From contig NOWV01000142.1 in the NCBI GenBank assembly GCA_003344405.1, positions 62,001 to 126,000 of the forward strand: a DNA stretch of 64,000 bases, given 5' to 3'. Source of the DNA: Trichoplax sp. H2. Taxonomy: Eukaryota. Each line of letters begins with the position of its first letter. Position 1 is the first letter of the stretch. Below are positions 61,801 to 64,000 of this stretch, piece after piece. Position numbers and translations under genes: made by a program. The notes beneath the pieces were generated by a model, which did not search any database, was not told the DNA's origin, and saw only the letters and a list, made by a program, of their open reading frames with translations.

Positions 61801-63704
61801 CGACTCACGCCTTGCAGATTCCAAAGCTTGATCAAATTCGCCTTCGTTCATGACTATTCTCATACCCTATAAATATGTAAGAATGTAGCTATATTAACAT
61901 CCATTCATAGCAATAATGATTTACAAGGTTGCATAAAAACAACATTTGCAAAGAAATAGAACGTCTTCACTAACTTTTCCACCACCTCCACAGACGGCTT
62001 TTAGCATGACAGGATACCCGATACGACTAGCCTCATCCTTTAGTTTTGCATCCGCTTGATCTTCACCATGATATCCTTCTATAATTGGGACACCAGCATC
62101 CGCCATAATTTGCTTGGAAGTGCTTTAAGAGATAGAATAATATGTAATAAGTTTTAAGCTAGGTTCATCAGAGGAATAAATTTTTCTATTGAAAACCTCT
62201 TAAGACCCATATCTCGAATTGCGCTTGCTGGCGGACCGATGAATACTATCCCTTGGGATTCACAAAGTTCAGCAAAGTCCGCGTTTTCAGATAGGAAACC
62301 ATATCCGGGATGAATAGCCTTTTGGATAGGAATATTACGAACTGTAAATTACACGTTCGTTGCAAAATAGCATACGTAACACGGAATAAACTACAAAAGA
62401 TTAAGCGTTTACTTGAGCTCCACAATAATTTGCAATATCAAGAATTTTATCGCCCCGCAAATAGCTATCCCGTGATGGTGCTTCACCAATATAGTATGCT
62501 TCATCGGCCTATAAAGATGTAAATTATCCGATTCAAAACTTCATTCAATTACAAATAGTCGCCATATATTACTGTCGAATCGGGAAGACACGGTATCATT
62601 TACCAATAGAGGATAAGTAAAATAAATTATAAACAACGAGTTACCATTTCAACGTGCATCGATCCCTGGTCTGCACTACTATATACGGCTACAGTCTTAA
62701 TGCCCATCGATTTGGCAGTTTTAATCACCCTACAAGCAATTTCACCGCGATTCGCTATTAAGACTTTGGAAATCTTCTTTCTTTTGACTTCTATTGGGAT
62801 AAAAAGATGGTTTTGGTGAATGATAAAATAAAAAAGCCTAGTCATGCTGGATTACGAGTATATAATTTAGCAGCAACTACTGTGTATCAAGTGTTATCTA
62901 ATGGTTAAAGTTAAAACAGCACATTGGAAACATAATAATTATAACGATATCTATATTGAATACAGCAAAAGGTAAAAATAAGCTAAGTAATGCAAGCAGC
63001 AATGGTAGTTGATAGATTTATTTCTTAATTATACGAGTACTACTATCGAACGCTTACTACAATATTAGTTGGTAGTCATGAAAATAACAACATATAAGAT
63101 GTAATTGCAAGCACAGATGCCGTTAAAATCTACTTATTTTTTGCTAAATGACTCATTGCAAAATGGGTATCAATAGAATTTATAATTAAGATTATTGTAA
63201 AACATGATTATTTCAAATACTAATGCAAACTCGATTGCCCAAAAAGTCGCACGTCAGGACAATGTTACAGGAGGCTTTAATCTACTGCCATGAGTCTACA
63301 ACTAGTTCTATCCTTATCTTGATATCAATTTCACCACCAATATTTACTAACAATAGTGTGGAATAATACCTGTTGATTGATATCTTTCGAAAAGATTTCT
63401 CAATGTAACGATCGGTCTCCTATAATGCGATAGCAAAATATAAGCAATCCAATTACAACGTGGTTAATCAATAATATTTATTTCTTATTAATCCTGTTGG
63501 ATTAATTCGTTATGCGTTAATCCATGGGCCACTAGAAGAAGCTAGGGGAAACTACGGCTTCTTCGAGTGGTCTATGGTTATCCTATAGTATTACGTAAGG
63601 GAAGAGTCTTTGCATCGCCTTTAATGAAAATAAAGTTTGATTAATTATAATACCGATATTAACGTTAGGAAGGTAAAGTACTTAGGTCTAAGCATGCTAC
63701 TCAT
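58837..63704 (-). CDS. MCCC1: Methylcrotonoyl-CoA carboxylase alpha subunit (biotin carboxylase + biotin carrier), mitochondrial
   Basis: Exons 63682-63704 and 63370-63419 give the presequence-like [24 protein letters not shown]. Core motifs are [87 protein letters not shown] and biotinylation motif EAMKME. TAA is at 58837-58839. Confidence 0.95.
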
Positions 63705-64000
63705 CGAACGATGTAAAGTGATGGTAATTTGCATTGAAAGTTGACAAGAAGCGTAGAAATTGTGTATCAACTATTTTACAGAGCAATTCTGGGTTAGGAT
63801 GAAGCAGGGTATGAAGGCTTTATACACAGTCTACGGGATAATAACAAGCTAATTCAGATTTAGATCCAAGCATATATTCTCTATCTACCGTTCAAGATTG
63901 TTTGGATAGAAAATCATTCCTACTGCTCCTAATTGCTCTAGGGAGCACTTTGGGTCAACAGTGCTATTCAACTGCTCAAGTTTACATAGGCAATGAACTC

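Overview
AT-rich, intron-dense eukaryotic (animal) genomic DNA. The composition, the ~80-150 bp introns and the gene content fit a placozoan such as Trichoplax; that assignment is my inference. I rebuilt eight spliced protein-coding genes by hand from splice sites and reading frames: WDR44 (-), a CIRBP/RBM3/RBMX-family RRM-RGG protein (+), a stand-alone nitrobindin (THAP4-like, -), IFT80 (+), a secreted g-type (GH23) lysozyme with two N-terminal six-cysteine modules (+), LYPLAL1 (-), a MINDY4/4B-like probable pseudo-deubiquitinase (+) and MCCC1 (-). Six of them form three head-to-head pairs. Highlights: (1) a minor-spliceosome AT-AC intron as the first coding intron of IFT80; (2) the Cys-module lysozyme fusion, with a Cys beside the catalytic Glu; (3) a MINDY4B-like protein that keeps the catalytic Cys but lacks the His and Gln, with a near-perfect RFX X-box upstream; (4) candidate poison exons in the RRM gene; (5) a GC-rich multi-stem RNA-like element at ~4.4 kb and a perfect 19-bp inverted repeat at ~29.7 kb. 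The duplication around the N gap at 21.36 kb is probably an assembly/haplotype artefact. I found no convincing CDS in 1-13 kb or 38.4-44 kb. Comparisons with human proteins and map positions are from memory and need alignment.
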